NCBI GenBank assembly: GCA_013265495.1
Contig: MU058584.1
Span: forward strand, 1,834,616 to 1,898,615
Source of the DNA: Vicugna vicugna
Lineage: Eukaryota
DNA length: 64,000 nt
Direction: 5' to 3'
Position numbers and translations under genes: made by a program. Shown in pieces: positions 51,351-63,625 of the stretch (within the stretch, counting starts at the first letter, position 1; each line of letters starts with the position of its first letter). The notes beneath the pieces were generated by a model. The model saw nothing but the letters and a program-made list of their open reading frames with translations. It did not search any database and had not been told where the DNA came from.

Positions 51351-52779
51351 CCATCCATTTCACTATATAAGAGGGTGGGATCAATACAGGAAAAATAGAA
51401 AAATGCAATCTTGTTTTTTGCACAATGCTAAGTGTTGCAAAATGTAATCAGGCATTTTTGGAATGTGTGTGTTGCAGGAAGAGAAACAAAGTCAATTCAG
51501 GGCAATGTATTTGGACCAAGAAATGGGAATGTCATAAATAAAAGGATGAACAAAGCCATTTAGAACCCACTGCCCCCTACTCTCCCACCAATGTTTCCAC
51601 AGCCCTTCAGAAATACACATTCCAAGCCAATCTCAAACCCCTCTGCCCTCTTCTCCATTGTCTGCATACCTTCCTTTTACATTTATCCTAATGCTGGTCC
51701 TTCTACATTTATCCTAATGGCTACATGATTTCCAGTTTTCCCTCCCTCTGGAACTGTATGAAATAGTCTATGCAAAAGAGCCCTAGGGGTACAAAAGAAG
51801 AAAAAAACCATTTATAAGGCATGGCACACTTCAAGTCCTGAGCTGAGTATCTTCGAATGCCCCTAGGATTTTTCTTTTTACTCTTAAAGTAACAGGAATT
51901 GTTAAGTGTTTTTAGAATTGCAGTTCAGAAGATGGGGCACCTCCATCCACATGAAGGCCCCCAGGTCTCTTCCAGGAATCAGCGCATGTGGTGAATAGAT
52001 ATTCAGCTTCATGATCTCATGAAGTTTCTGATAGCAGAAGTGTTGCTCCCCGTGTTCCTGTCGTGGTTGCGCAAAAGTCAGCAGGGATGGAGTTTTGTAA
52101 GTTTGTGTGTGGAAACCTGGGACTCTCATGCCAAGTCCCCACCGTGATGGGAATGGCTGGGGCAGGAGCATTCTTTGCCACCATACTAGTTGTATGCGTT
52201 GTAAAGCTGTGCGTGTTACTAGATTAAGTGGATACCATCATTGTAATCACTGTTAGGACGCTGCCTTTAACATCACTGCTAAATTTCCCACTCTCACTTC
52301 ACTCTATGGGGCAGTCTCTATGAAACCAAGATTAAGAAGAGTTTTCTTCTGCAGTTAAAACACTCCATTTCCCTAATAACCTCAGACTCTGTACATACAC
52401 CCAAGAAAAGTAAATTTTGCCAAAACCTGGGCAACCATTCTAAAAAGCTGAGAATCCATAAGTTGTCTGCATATGCTAAACATTATCTAAACACTCTACG
52501 ATATTCTGCATTCCCTTGAGTTGAATATTTTTGATTGATAAGGTGAAGCATTACCCGGACACTGTCACTGCCAGAGATGACCTCATGGCTAGAGACTCTC
52601 CATGATGCTAAAAACACAACCATCCCAGAAAACAATGAACACTTCACAAAAGCTTACTGTCTTGTTGAGATTCCAATCACTTCAAGAAATCTTTGTTGAA
52701 TATGTGTAGTACGTGCCAGCATGGCCGCCACTACAGGTTAACATTTCCACAGGAAAGGGAAGGAAGGGGATGGATGAAA

Positions 52780-52992
52780 ACTTTCTTGAGCATCTGTTTT
52801 GTGTCCAGCACCACACTGGGTGCTTTGAACACTTTAATTCAAACAATTATTGGATAAACATAGCAGTCAATTTTAACTTTCCCAGTTTTAAAGATGGGAA
52901 AAACTGAAGCTCCGATAGATTAAGCAACTTTCCAAATGTCTTGCAGCTACAAAATGACAGGATGGGACTTCAAACCCAGGTCTAATCAGATT
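52780..52992 (-). mobile_element. MIR SINE, antisense
   Basis: ttgagcatctgttttgtgtccagcacc...cccagttttaaagatgggaaaaactgaagctccgatagattaagcaacttt...gggacttcaaacccaggtct. Confidence 0.85.
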
Positions 52993-53004
52993 GAATGCCC
53001 TATT

Positions 53005-53220
53005 CCACTTTTTTCTGAAAAGCCTTCTTTGAACCTCTGTATCTGGGATAGATGTTCCTACTATCTCCTCCTACTGCACCCTGTACTTCTCCTGTCATAC
53101 TGCATTATAATTGCTTAGTTGTCTCTAAGCTTCTTATGGGGAAGGACTTTGGGAGTTTTGTTTGCCTCAGAATTTAGCACGGTGACTCACATAGTAAGCC
53201 CCTAATAACTAATAAATACA
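53005..53220 (+). mobile_element. L2 3' end fragment
   Basis: ctgaaaagccttctttgaacc...cattataattgcttagttgtctc...atttagcacggtgactcacatagtaagccc. Confidence 0.7.
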
Positions 53221-53869
53221 TCATGTCATATCCACGCAAAGTAAAAACGATCTGTCATAGAATTCTGCCTTTATTTGTCCTGTAAGGGGAAACCCCTACA
53301 GTGTCCTCTGCTTCCTGTGGGTCCAGGCAATCCTGCTGAATTGGGGTAGACCTGACCCTCCGTATAGCAGAGTCACCCTGGCGTCACCCTGTTGGCATCT
53401 GATCCTGTCCTTTCTGGCTGACCTCCACCTCCACCCTGCGATCTTGAGTCTTCTGCAACCTCCTTGAGTTCCACCATTTAAGAGGAATCTGTTTACCACT
53501 CTGAAAGTACCAGATGGTATCCTAGGTGCTAGGAATGCAAAAATTCACAAGACTGAATTCCTGTCCTTCAAATGCTCCCAGACTAGAAGGGAAGCCCAGG
53601 TGTCATTATTGATCTTGGTTTCTGTTTCCATCCCCAGGGGTCATTCTCCTGCATTGCCTCTGCTTCTTATAACCCTGCTCTCTTCCTACAACAAGGCTTC
53701 TCCCAGACACTCCAGCCATGGCCCATCCTTTTCCAATGCTGACCACTACCAGCGAGATGGCTCTTTTGAGAATGTATCAGCCCTAATCCCTGAGTCACTA
53801 AAGGCCCATTCACTGCAGGGGCAATTTCTATTGTTTGTGACATTAAAGCGGTTTTGGTTCAAGATAGAA

Positions 53870-54048
53870 TGAGTCTAAATCGTAACTCCAGTTTTATATG
53901 TGTGACTTTAGGCAACTCTTGCAACTTTTTTTTTAATCTGAATTTTAAAAGATAATAACAGACTTCCATGTGATTATTATGAGAAGGAAATATGATAGTA
54001 TATGACAGAAACCCAGCAAAAAAAATAAGTGAATATTATTATTATTAC
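53870..54048 (+). mobile_element. MIR fragment
   Basis: tgtgtgactttaggcaact...gataataacagacttccatgtgattattatgaga...tattattattatt. Confidence 0.6.
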
Positions 54049-55697
54049 AGCTATAGCCACATTTCCTGTTCAGGCACCAAGACACCATCTTCCGATTCCA
54101 GTTGGTACCATAACTGCCCAGTGCCCTGCTATGAGGCTGCCGTCTGTTGCTTTCAGATCCCTGCCAGGGACACTTCTCCCAACTCTGGCAGAGCCCGCTG
54201 CCTCTCCTCCAGGTCAGCATTTTTGTCTGCCAGAGCATGTCGGGCCTGGGGAGGCTCTGCTCTTACAGGCTCCATCTATATCGGAACTAAACTAGATGAG
54301 CTGGTTTGTGCTAGAGAGACAAAGGAGCAGGACTCTCTTCCATGTTGCACTGAGTCCAGAAGTGTGAAAACTAAGTGCCCGTTACCTGCTATGGCGCCTT
54401 CCCAATCCAAACGCTCTCTGCTCTGACCCTCTCTCCTGCCATTTTGCTTTTATCCAGATTTTCTCCCTAAGGGGTATCATGTCCCTCCTGTAAGTATCTG
54501 GGCCTTAATTGGGAAACATCCTCTTCAGCCTTTTCAAAGTCGTCCTTGCAGTTCAATCCATGGAGCCAGAGAGCCTTTTCTTGACATCTTGCTTTAATCT
54601 GGGACTGCACAAATTAGCCCCCGGGCTATCTTTGTGAGGAGAATGCTCCATTGTCAAACATATTGGCTTTATGGATAAAAGTAGGAGAAAAAAGACAGCT
54701 GCAGCTTCTGTAAGTTACAGCCCCCAGTCTTCGTGTGTGATTTGGGCTAGACAGTTGTTCAGTTCCATTGGATGAATGTCCCAAGCTTTGGTCCAGAGCT
54801 AGACAGCCACAGAGGGGTCATTCCAGAGTCATCTAGCAAATTAAAACAATTATTCACTTGAAGAATGAAAATAATACTCACATAGAAACTTCCGTTTAAA
54901 TCAGAGCTGATATTTCCCATTTCTTGTGGTTAAACTACTCAGGTCCAAACCTATGAACTGGAGGTTGTAACTGAATTCACTTACAGAGCTGTGACTATTC
55001 GTATCCAGTGTGGAATAGTCTGGAAAGCAAATTAGAACTTCTGGTTATAGTCCTGGTCAGTATTCCTTTATAACTGCCACCAGGGGAGGTCACAAGAGAA
55101 ATTTCCGATGGTAGACACATGCTGTAATAACACCAGACATCACGAGACATGACTAAAGAAACATGACCTCAGCTCGAGAGGAAAGACTCATGCATTTCTA
55201 GATGCTAAATTTCTCCCTCTCAGGAATCAGGGCTGCTCTTGAAATGAATTGTAAAATGGAAAGCTCTTGTAAATGCAGTGGATTTTATTACACCGCCACA
55301 GTGGCAGGATTAACTACTTCTTCAACGTGGAAAAAGAGAATTTCAGCCATTTCTAGCTGGAAAAGACCTTGTGTGTTTGCTTGAGACCACTCAGTAAGAG
55401 TTAGTCGCATGCTGCTCTCTTCCAGGAAGACGTAAGGAGCAGTAGAAGGTGGGCGATTCTAGAGCTCTGTTTATCTGACAGCAGATACTTGAATTATTAT
55501 TATTAAAATCCATTGTATTGAATGAACAATTAACTCAGGGAATCAATTTCTGCCTAGATTGAATCAGGTAAATTTCCCACTCACTTGAAGATTTCTGGCC
55601 ATTTCAGATAAATAGTGTCAGTCAACCAAATTTTCAGATATCCAGATTTCCACTCATGCTGACTGATTGTCTTGGAACTTCAAGAGACTGATAAGCA

Positions 55698-55835
55698 GTA
55701 ACCTTTAATGAAAAAGAATATGGAAACAAATATATGTATATATATGCATGACTGGGACATTGTGCTGTGCACCAGAAATGGACACACTGTAACTGACTAT
55801 ACTTCAATTAAAAAAAAATCTAAAAATTAAAAAAA
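55698..55835 (+). mobile_element. Young 5'-truncated camelid-type L1 3' end
   Basis: aacctttaatgaaaaagaatatggaaac...tgactgggacattgtgctgtgcaccagaaatggacacactgtaactgactatacttcaattaaaaaaaaa; degenerate TSD agactgataagcagt / agattgatgagcagt. Confidence 0.9.
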
Positions 55836-56495
55836 TAGATTGATGAGCAGTCTTTTTTTTTATATATATATATATTTCTTGTTGTTTATCCAGAGCCTGT
55901 GTGTTAGGGTTAAATGCTGAGATACTTAGCAAATCTGTACTGAAAGCTCTTGGAATATGAAGCTGATAGAAGAGAGCCCCCATTTTCAAAGTCTGTGAAC
56001 AGAATCAACTCTTCTCAGATCCTTGGTTCACAGAGTGAGAGATTCCCTTGAGTTTCAGCCCCAAACCGGAGTCTCCCTTCAGTCGTCCTCAAAGGGAATT
56101 CAACTTTGAAAAAGAGTGCTGGAACCTCATGGAACATTTCACAACGTCAAAAAGCCACATGAGGGATCGGGGGCTGCCCCTTCCTCATCTGAACAACTTT
56201 TCTCGTGGCACAGAGAGTGGAGGGGCAGAGAAGAGTCAGCCAATGCAGTAGGCGATTTTGTGGTGGCATTTAGGGACACACCAAATAGTAGAGTTAAAGA
56301 GTCTCCTAGAGATCTTCTGTCTTCCTAATTTTAAAGTTTCAAACATAAAGCCAAAGTTGAGTAAGTAACTGTCCCGGGTCAAACTCAGTGGCAGAATCAG
56401 AAGAGTAGAGCTCAGGTCTTCTCCTTCTTCACACCCGCCTCTTTCACGTTGCCATTCCTAACAACCCACCTCCACACCACACCCGCCACATACGT

Positions 56496-56534
56496 ACACA
56501 CACACACACACACACACACATACACACACATACA
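56496..56534. repeat. (CA)n microsatellite
   Basis: Seen directly. Confidence 0.95.
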
Positions 56535-57489
56535 CTTTTCTTTTTAATGAGACAAAGCACAAATATACTATCTAGCTCTCTTTTGAAAATGAAACATTTC
56601 CACCCTCTTGTCAACTCTTTCCCATCACTCGCCTTCTCTTTCACCCCCAAGCTATTTAAGTAGTTAGGGGAAAAAAAATGTCTGAAAGCCTCAGGGAAAC
56701 CGATATTTCTTGCGACATTCAAACTCTCTACTGTTCTGATGGCTAGGAATTCCACAGTCAGCATTTTTGTGCGATTTCTATTGAAACCAGAAAGGAAGTG
56801 TAGGAGAAAGTTATCTGAGAATTTAAGAGCCCCAAGAAAGATAAAAAAGTTCAGTTTAAATTCCATTTTGGAAACCATGGGCTATTCTATAGCAGGAGGG
56901 TTTTGGTTACTGTAGTGATAGCCAGCAGCAAGCTAGACCCACTGGGCTAATTGTTACTGACCGTTATTAATCAGCATCACTGGGCAATAACACTGTCACC
57001 TCGCTGTGCCATGTGGGGGTCAGCTACTTATCCACTCTATCGGTCAGCTTCCCTTTTGGAGGGAATACCATTACTCTACTTCCTAGAGTTCTAGGGAGCA
57101 GTAAAAACCCTCTATGCCCTGGAGAAGAGAGCTATGTAAATACCAAGCGCGTCTTAATGATAGTACCTTGGATTTATACGGCTTCCTTACTCCAAGGAGT
57201 CGTGCATCCCTTGCTCCACTTATTATCACAACCTCTCTGCAAGCAGACAAAGATGGCAGGCACCGTTTGCTCCATTTTACAGATGGGAAAGGTGAGATGC
57301 AATATGCCTCGTCTGTGGTCATCCAACCAACTTGTGATTCCTAAATGAAGGTGATCTTTCAAAAACAAAGTGCTAAGTGTTTTTTTTTGAAAAACAAATC
57401 TGAGAATCTCAACTAAAACTATCCAGCTGTCTTGCATCGTACTGTAAATTATATATGATACACCAGATGGATGCTAAATTGAAGAGCAC

Positions 57490-57860
57490 ATGGAATTTGG
57501 AGTCAGAGAATTGAGGTTCAAGTTCTGGTTCTGGTTTCTCTAGGTTATGGAATCTTGCTCGAATAATCTGACTCTTTGTTTCTTCATGATACAGATTTTT
57601 AGTGGGGAGGGTATAGCTCAGTGGCAGAGTGCATGCTTAGCATGCATGAGGTCCTGGGTTCACTCCCCAGTGCCTCCTCTAAAAATAAATAAATAAATAA
57701 ACCTAATTACCTTCCTCCACCAAAACAAATTTAAAGGTACGAATTTTCACTCTTATTCTTATTGTTATCTCATAAGGTTTTAATTAAATTTTTATAATAA
57801 ATGCATACAAAAGCACTTGATAAATGGTAAAATAATGCACATTGTTGTCAATTATTATAA
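57490..57860 (+). mobile_element. MIR SINE split by a Vic-1 SINE insertion
   Basis: tggaatttggagtcagagaattgaggttcaagttctggttctg (5' part) and tatctcataaggttttaattaaa...aatgcatacaaaagcactt (3' part). Confidence 0.65.
57604..57735 (+). mobile_element. Camelid Vic-1-like tRNA-Ala-derived SINE
   Basis: GGGGAGGGTATAGCTCAGTGGCAGAGTGCATGCTTAGCATGCATGAGGTCCTGGGTTCACTCCCCAGTGCCTCC, then (AAAT)n and an acctaattacc tail; A box and degenerate B box present. Confidence 0.92.
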
Positions 57861-59202
57861 TTTGGACCCCATAATTTAAAAAATATATACTATAAAGACA
57901 AACTGCTGACCTGTCTTTTTAAAAATGCAGTAGAAAATTAAAAGCACACACCAAAAGTTCCTAAAGTTACCTTGCAAAGGTTCTATGGAGAATAACCAAG
58001 GAAACACTCTGGTTCACATGACAGAAAATTTCAAAGTTACAAACTTTGAGATCTCAAGTTGGAACGTAGTCCCCCAAATTTCACATCTTTAGTGTTAGAT
58101 GGTAAACAGGGTAGATAGTTTTCTTAGAGTATATGCTCTCTCATCTCCAGAAAATCACTTGGTCCTCTGCAGGTGACTTAACTCCAGATCACACACCTAG
58201 TAATAAGGCCAAGCTGGGCACACTACCTCTCCCTGTGGGCACTTAATGATCTTCCCAGCACTTTTCACACTTCATTTAAGTACATAGAGAAGCTCCTAAA
58301 CTATTCTACTCGAAGATTCACAACTACTTCCAAAATGTGGCGGTTGCTATTAACTCCCCTTTTCTTTCTGGTCCATTGCATAATTCCTGCCAATAGTTAA
58401 CTTTTCGTCAGTTAGAAAGGGATCCTTTTCAATCAAATAAGTAAATAAAATGAATGAATAAAAGGGAGAAAAGAAAGTAACGGATCCTTCTTTTGAAAAT
58501 ATTTTACTATGGTTCTCATAACACCATTATTTTTTATCTTTATCCACAAGGCAGATAATACGATCATGAGTATCATATAAACTCTTCAGTATGATCAAAT
58601 GATTCTCAACTAAGTAATTATTCAGACTAGCATCTTCCCTCTGTACCCTAATTGTGAGTACATCCCTAAGAACTTCTGATTTTCCTTTTTAATGTCTGTT
58701 AGCTTTTTCCTCCCCAATCACAGGGTGAGGAATGCATCTCAGTCTCCATGTTGCACGTTAAGTTCTAGATTTTTCTTCAGTTAGACACTGGTCTGCCCCA
58801 TTGATTATTTTATACATGGTATTCACATTTGCTATTGTGTAATTTAGAACAGTCACATACCTCCCAGTGGGAAGCACACCATCTAAGTGATACCCTCATC
58901 CTAAAGACAGGAAGATGAAACTAACTTTGCTCACGAAGTCACAGTGGAGGGGTGGGTGGACAAGGAGAGGCAGATCATCAAATTGGTTTTGCGCTGTATG
59001 TCATTCCCTAGCAAAAGGAAGCAGCACACATAACAAAGTGTTTTGTGATCAGTTGCTATGACAGGATTGGAGAGAAATGTATGCTGTGGCATAGGGGTGG
59101 GATGGGGGAGGACCCATTCTTGAAAAGCACTTGACAAACTGAACTAAAACAAGTGGTAGATGTCACTGTTGGTTCATAAACTAGAGACTATGCGAAAATG
59201 AT

Positions 59203-59242
59203 AAAAGAAAGAAAGAAAGAAAGAAAGAAAAAAGAAAAGAAA
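59203..59242. repeat. (GAAA)n microsatellite
   Basis: Seen directly. Confidence 0.9.
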
Positions 59243-59339
59243 GTCCACTCAAGGAGGGTATGTGGATTGGTTCTTGCAGGCTGGCTCTTTGGGTAACCCT
59301 GCACAATCCAATACGAAAGAATTTAAATAAATTCCATTT

Positions 59340-59660
59340 TCCTTGGCCTTACCTTCAGCACTTTTCACTGTCTGATCCAGACCTGCCTTCCTAGTATTGT
59401 CTCTAACAATTCACTTTATCAAATATCCCAGTAGAATAAATGATCGGTTCATTATCCAGACCCATTTTACATTTTCTTGATGCAAAATCTTCCCGTATCT
59501 CCCTATAGGTTCTTCTCTTTGCCTTCTATGTATTCAGATCATACACATTCTTGCAGATTGGCTAAAATTTCTCCCTTCCTTACTTCACAGGTTTTCTTCC
59601 ATACATAAATTCTTACAGCATTTATAGACTCATTCATCTGGCAATTAATCACGCACTCAG
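59340..59660 (+). mobile_element. L2 fragment
   Basis: ttccttggccttaccttcagcacttttcactgtctgatccagacctgccttcc...attcagatcatacacattctt. Confidence 0.5.
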
Positions 59661-60069
59661 ATTTTTAGTGTGTATTTAATCGCTTTGTTTTTTTTTTTTT
59701 TAATCTCTGGCATTATTGTTTAACTCTTTGCATTTTCCTAACATCTAACCTTAATTAACATGGATTTCCCTTGACACAGGAAAAGTCCCCTATTTTTCTT
59801 TGCATCTCCCTGGAGAAATAGTTTTGTTCTGTGCTCTTCTAAGCCCTGGGGTTCTAGGAGGGAGAGGCCAAGAAAGTCACAGGAGGCAGCACTCCAGGCT
59901 TCCGTTTCTGATTCAAACAGGGCTCCAAGTTCACCTGATCTATATTCCACTGTCCCTGGATACCTTAACCACAGGTTCATACTTCCTTTTGCCATAGAAC
60001 GGACATAATGTTTTTTGAGGAAAAACAGAGATAGCGTGGTTACACTGAAAATAGACCTGCAGTGAGTAT

Positions 60070-60210
60070 AATAAGACTTGCCCTGACCCAAATTCTGTCC
60101 ATAAACACCCAGGGAATTCTGTAGGGATAATTCAGTCTCTCCGAGCCTCAGATTTCTTACTTGGGAATTAAAGTCTTTGAAGTAGATTATTTTGAGGATC
60201 TCCATCCTGA
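60070..60210 (+). mobile_element. MIR fragment
   Basis: tctctccgagcctcagatttcttacttgggaattaaag...gatctcc. Confidence 0.55.
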
Positions 60211-60322
60211 TTTCACACCCTGCACCCATCTCTCAAAACCACCTCAACCCTGGAAAGTAGAAAGTGCTCATGAAGTGTCAAAAGGATGAATCCTGGTGCC
60301 TTGTCATAATCATCCAATTTAA

Positions 60323-60335
60323 ATATATATATGTG

Positions 60336-60391
<56 letters not shown>
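60323..60391. repeat. (TA)n(TG)n alternating purine-pyrimidine microsatellite
   Basis: Seen directly. Confidence 0.95.
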
Positions 60392-60393
<2 letters not shown>

Positions 60394-61039
60394 ACTTCCT
60401 ACTTTGGAGTTCTAGTTAATGGTTAAAATCATCTGCTTTAATAATTCGAAGCATACCAGCCAGACCAGGAAATAAAGAAAACAAAAGCATTCAAAGTCCT
60501 CATCTCCAGTTTTTCATCAATAACAGCTAGTTACCACGGGAAGGTGGGACGGCACCTGCTGACGTTCTCTGCGTCTGGGCTGAGCCAGGAGGAATACCAA
60601 CCAGATCAGTAATAACGGCCACCTGAGCGGCGAGAAATGAAGGCTGTTCAATTTTGTATTCTGCTCATTTCTGTTTTAGAAGAAAACAGTTGACACTGTC
60701 TCATTGAAAAGAAAATGCACTCAGATTTCATCATCAAATAGTATTTATTATTAATCCCCCGAGGGTGCATGGGGCGCTGCTAAGCATGCCAATTTGCCTG
60801 CCACCTGCTCGTGGCATTTTTGTGTGTCAGAACCCGGTCTCCTTGCTGTTGATGCTAGAGGTGAGAAAGGGCAGTGACAAAAAGATTAACGGGATGAAAA
60901 ATAGACTTTGGAGGAAAGGTCACAAGAATGGCAAGAGGTTAGTCAGAGAGGGGAAGGCAAAGGGTTGCCTGGTTACTGTTCTGGAGCCTAGGGATGGTTT
61001 TCAGACGGTGCATTATCTCTGAGCAGGTAGCCTCAAACA

Positions 61040-61220
61040 CAGCAGAATATCAAACAAGAGGGAATGCATTTAAATTAAGTGGGGGAAATGTTGCTCTGCC
61101 AAAAGAAATGGACTACTTAGAGACTGTGGAAATTCTATCCCTGGAGATATTTAAGGAAGAACAAAGATTCATATCTCCTCAGGGCAGGACATGATGGATC
61201 AAGTCTGTTTGAAGGCAGGA
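61040..61220 (+). mobile_element. L3/CR1 LINE fragment
   Basis: acaagagggaatgcatttaaattaa...actgtggaaattctatccctggagatatttaaggaaga matches the CR1/L3 3' motif. Confidence 0.6.
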
Positions 61221-61479
61221 CTGCGGGCTCTTAGGTCATGATTTCACAATTATCCTAAAAGGATTGCCTTGATTTCCAAGCGCAAGGAGCTTCTTGACGT
61301 GGAGACATCACTCTGGCGGTGCAAAAGCAAGGAAGAGTTCACAGAGGAAAAGGCATTTGAACTAAGCCCTGATTGAGATTTTGACAAGTGGACAGAAAGG
61401 GAAAGGAGATTCTGGGCGAATGAAACAAAGGCCAAGGAAACATTGTGTAAATAACGTAAGCGACAACGATGCCTTAGAA

Positions 61480-61720
61480 TGAAAGATGCAGACTTAGGAG
61501 TTCATAAGCCCACGGTTGGAACCCCAGCTCTAACCCTCACTACTCACATGATGTAGGGGGAGTTGCTTGACTTCTAAGCCTCAGTGCCCTCATCTAAGCA
61601 GTGAGAAAAAGATAAAAACACTTTCACGGAGCTGTTGTCAGGATTCAGTGAGACATACATGGAAGACACAGCCAAGTGCCCAGCACACAGTAGGTGCCTA
61701 GCAAATGGTATCCTATTAGG
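61480..61720 (+). mobile_element. MIR SINE, near full length
   Basis: ggttggaaccccagctct...agttgcttgacttctaagcctcagtgccctcatct...gctgttgtcaggattcagtgaga...gtgcccagcacacagtaggtgcc. Confidence 0.88.
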
Positions 61721-62024
61721 GGCAGTAATTACTACTCTAAAAAAGAAAGTGATTCCATTTAACTGGAAAATTGAATGTGTGTCAATGAATAACTGAGAGA
61801 GAAGATGAATGCGGGGCCATGACACCATGCCGTGTTCAAAGGGCGTATGTTTTAACGAAATTCTCCTATTTCTCTGCCTCGGCCAAAAAGGCAAACTTCC
61901 TGTGAATCCCCCATGCAAAGTTAGTTGCTCCATCTTCTATTCCCAAGCACCATGAACATGAGAACTCAGCCTGAAGAGTGATTAATGTTTGTGTGACTCT
62001 CAGCTCCGTAAGGACAGACGTGAG

Positions 62025-62110
62025 GCTGGCTGAGCTTTTTCTAGCCCCACTTCCCAGCACAGTGCCTGACACAGAGCAGAACTCGGGGAACATTAAAGTG
62101 AATCACTCAT
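62025..62110 (+). mobile_element. L2 3' end fragment
   Basis: ctagccccacttcccagcacagtgcctgacacagagcagaactc. Confidence 0.6.
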
Positions 62111-62544
62111 TCCTCCTTTCTAGCTGCTTCCTTCATGCAAAGGGACACAAGAAGCCCTCGTGGCTTGCCTTCTTGCAACACCACTCAGGAGACCTGGAAG
62201 GAGGCAGATCATGCCGGGAGCTGGGCTGGCCTCTGCTTGCCATGAATTCCAACGTTTCCGGTGTTCTTGGCACTTACAGTGGCTTGGGGCCCATAGATCT
62301 ACAACCGGATACTAAGCCTTAGCCACATCTTCTTAATAAACCAAGGAATTAACATTTAATGAATTCTAAACCTAAAAAGTGACCTATGGGATGAGTGACT
62401 CATTCTGTCTTTTCGTACCTCCCCGTTAGCCAGCATGGGTTTGTATCAGATACAGTTTGCCAGTTTAGGGCATTAGCTAGTTAGCCAAGTTGATCGTCTG
62501 CTCTAATAACCTAAGAGACACGATTTGGTTTGAAGTTTACCTAC

Positions 62545-62710
62545 GATAGAGTGGAAAGAACCACAGATTGAGACAACGTGGGTTTGAAATTGGCTCCACC
62601 TTGTTAGTTCTTTGAATCTTCTAAGCCTTTCAATCTTTCTGTGCTGTCATTTGGCAGTAAAATGGGAATAATCATGCCTACCTTACAGGGTTTTCATGAC
62701 AATAAAGGGA
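62545..62710 (+). mobile_element. MIR fragment
   Basis: gtggaaagaacc...tgggtttgaaattggctccacc...gtaaaatgggaataatcatgcctaccttacagggttttcatga. Confidence 0.8.
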
Positions 62711-63366
62711 TTTGTTTATTTGTTTGTCTATTCATTCATTCATTCATATCCATTCACTCATTCATATTCTGACTCAAGAAAGAAAAGAAACGATATTTCT
62801 GTGATAGTTTGAAAATTGTACAATGTAAATGTAAGGTGTTACATTATCCTCAAGTGTCTTCAAAGTGTTCCTATAAAATAATTATTGTCCACTTTTATTA
62901 ATACAGCCACAAGGAAGAAAAATCCAATACTCAATAAATAACCAGCCCACTGAATTCTAATAGGGAGTAATTCCCCACGGTCACACAATTTAAAGTGAGT
63001 CACACTTTAAAAAAAAATAAATACATAAATCATTTTATCTGCTATGATCCTCTTTCAATGCTGTGAATACTTTTTAATACAGTGAAGGATCTCAAAGTTT
63101 TGGAGGTCATTTTCCATACAATGATCAATAACACTGCTTGTTTGAGGTCAGGGATAGTCCTGGTATGACCGTTTGTTAACCACTTGAATATTATCCAGGA
63201 GTAAAATGTAAGAGAGAAGCTGAAAAAAAAATTTTTTTGGAGAGGCAGATACAAATCAATTATCAAAATGGAATGTGGATGGTAAGATTCAACAGCAATA
63301 ATTTTCAACCATTGGAAAATTAATAGTATTCAACTCTACTATTGCGTGATTTACTTGAGGACTTCT

Positions 63367-63367
<1 letters not shown>

Positions 63368-63397
<30 letters not shown>
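63368..63397. repeat. (CA)n microsatellite
   Basis: Seen directly. Confidence 0.95.
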
Positions 63398-63400
<3 letters not shown>

Positions 63401-63409
63401 AACAGAATA

Positions 63410-63625
63410 CAGTATAATTTAGTGAAAAGATAATGGCACATAGAGTAAGGAAAAAAATCAATCCTCCTTTTTCTGTTTATGAGTCAAGTGACCATAAGTG
63501 ATGTAAGTCACTTAATCTTGATGCTCAGTTTCCTGTAAATTCTGTAAAATGGAGATTGTAATACACACCTTGCCTACCAGGGTTGTTGTGAAAATCAAAT
63601 AAATTAATATATGTTTAAAAACTTG
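63410..63625 (+). mobile_element. MIR SINE
   Basis: aagtcacttaatcttgatgctcagtttcct...tctgtaaaatggagattgtaatacacacc...agggttgttgtgaaaatcaaataaattaatatatgt. Confidence 0.85.

Noticed and set aside
57604..57677. tRNA-Ala(AGC)-like gene
   Set aside because: Altered T-loop/B box (GTTCACTC), followed by an (AAAT)n SINE tail, inserted inside a MIR, and with two sibling copies in the window; it is a SINE
60556..60622. Minus-strand 67-nt exon candidate (…CTCAG acceptor; WPLLLIWLVFLLAQ in one frame)
   Set aside because: Weak donor (CAG|GTGCCG), mediocre pyrimidine tract and unrecognised peptide
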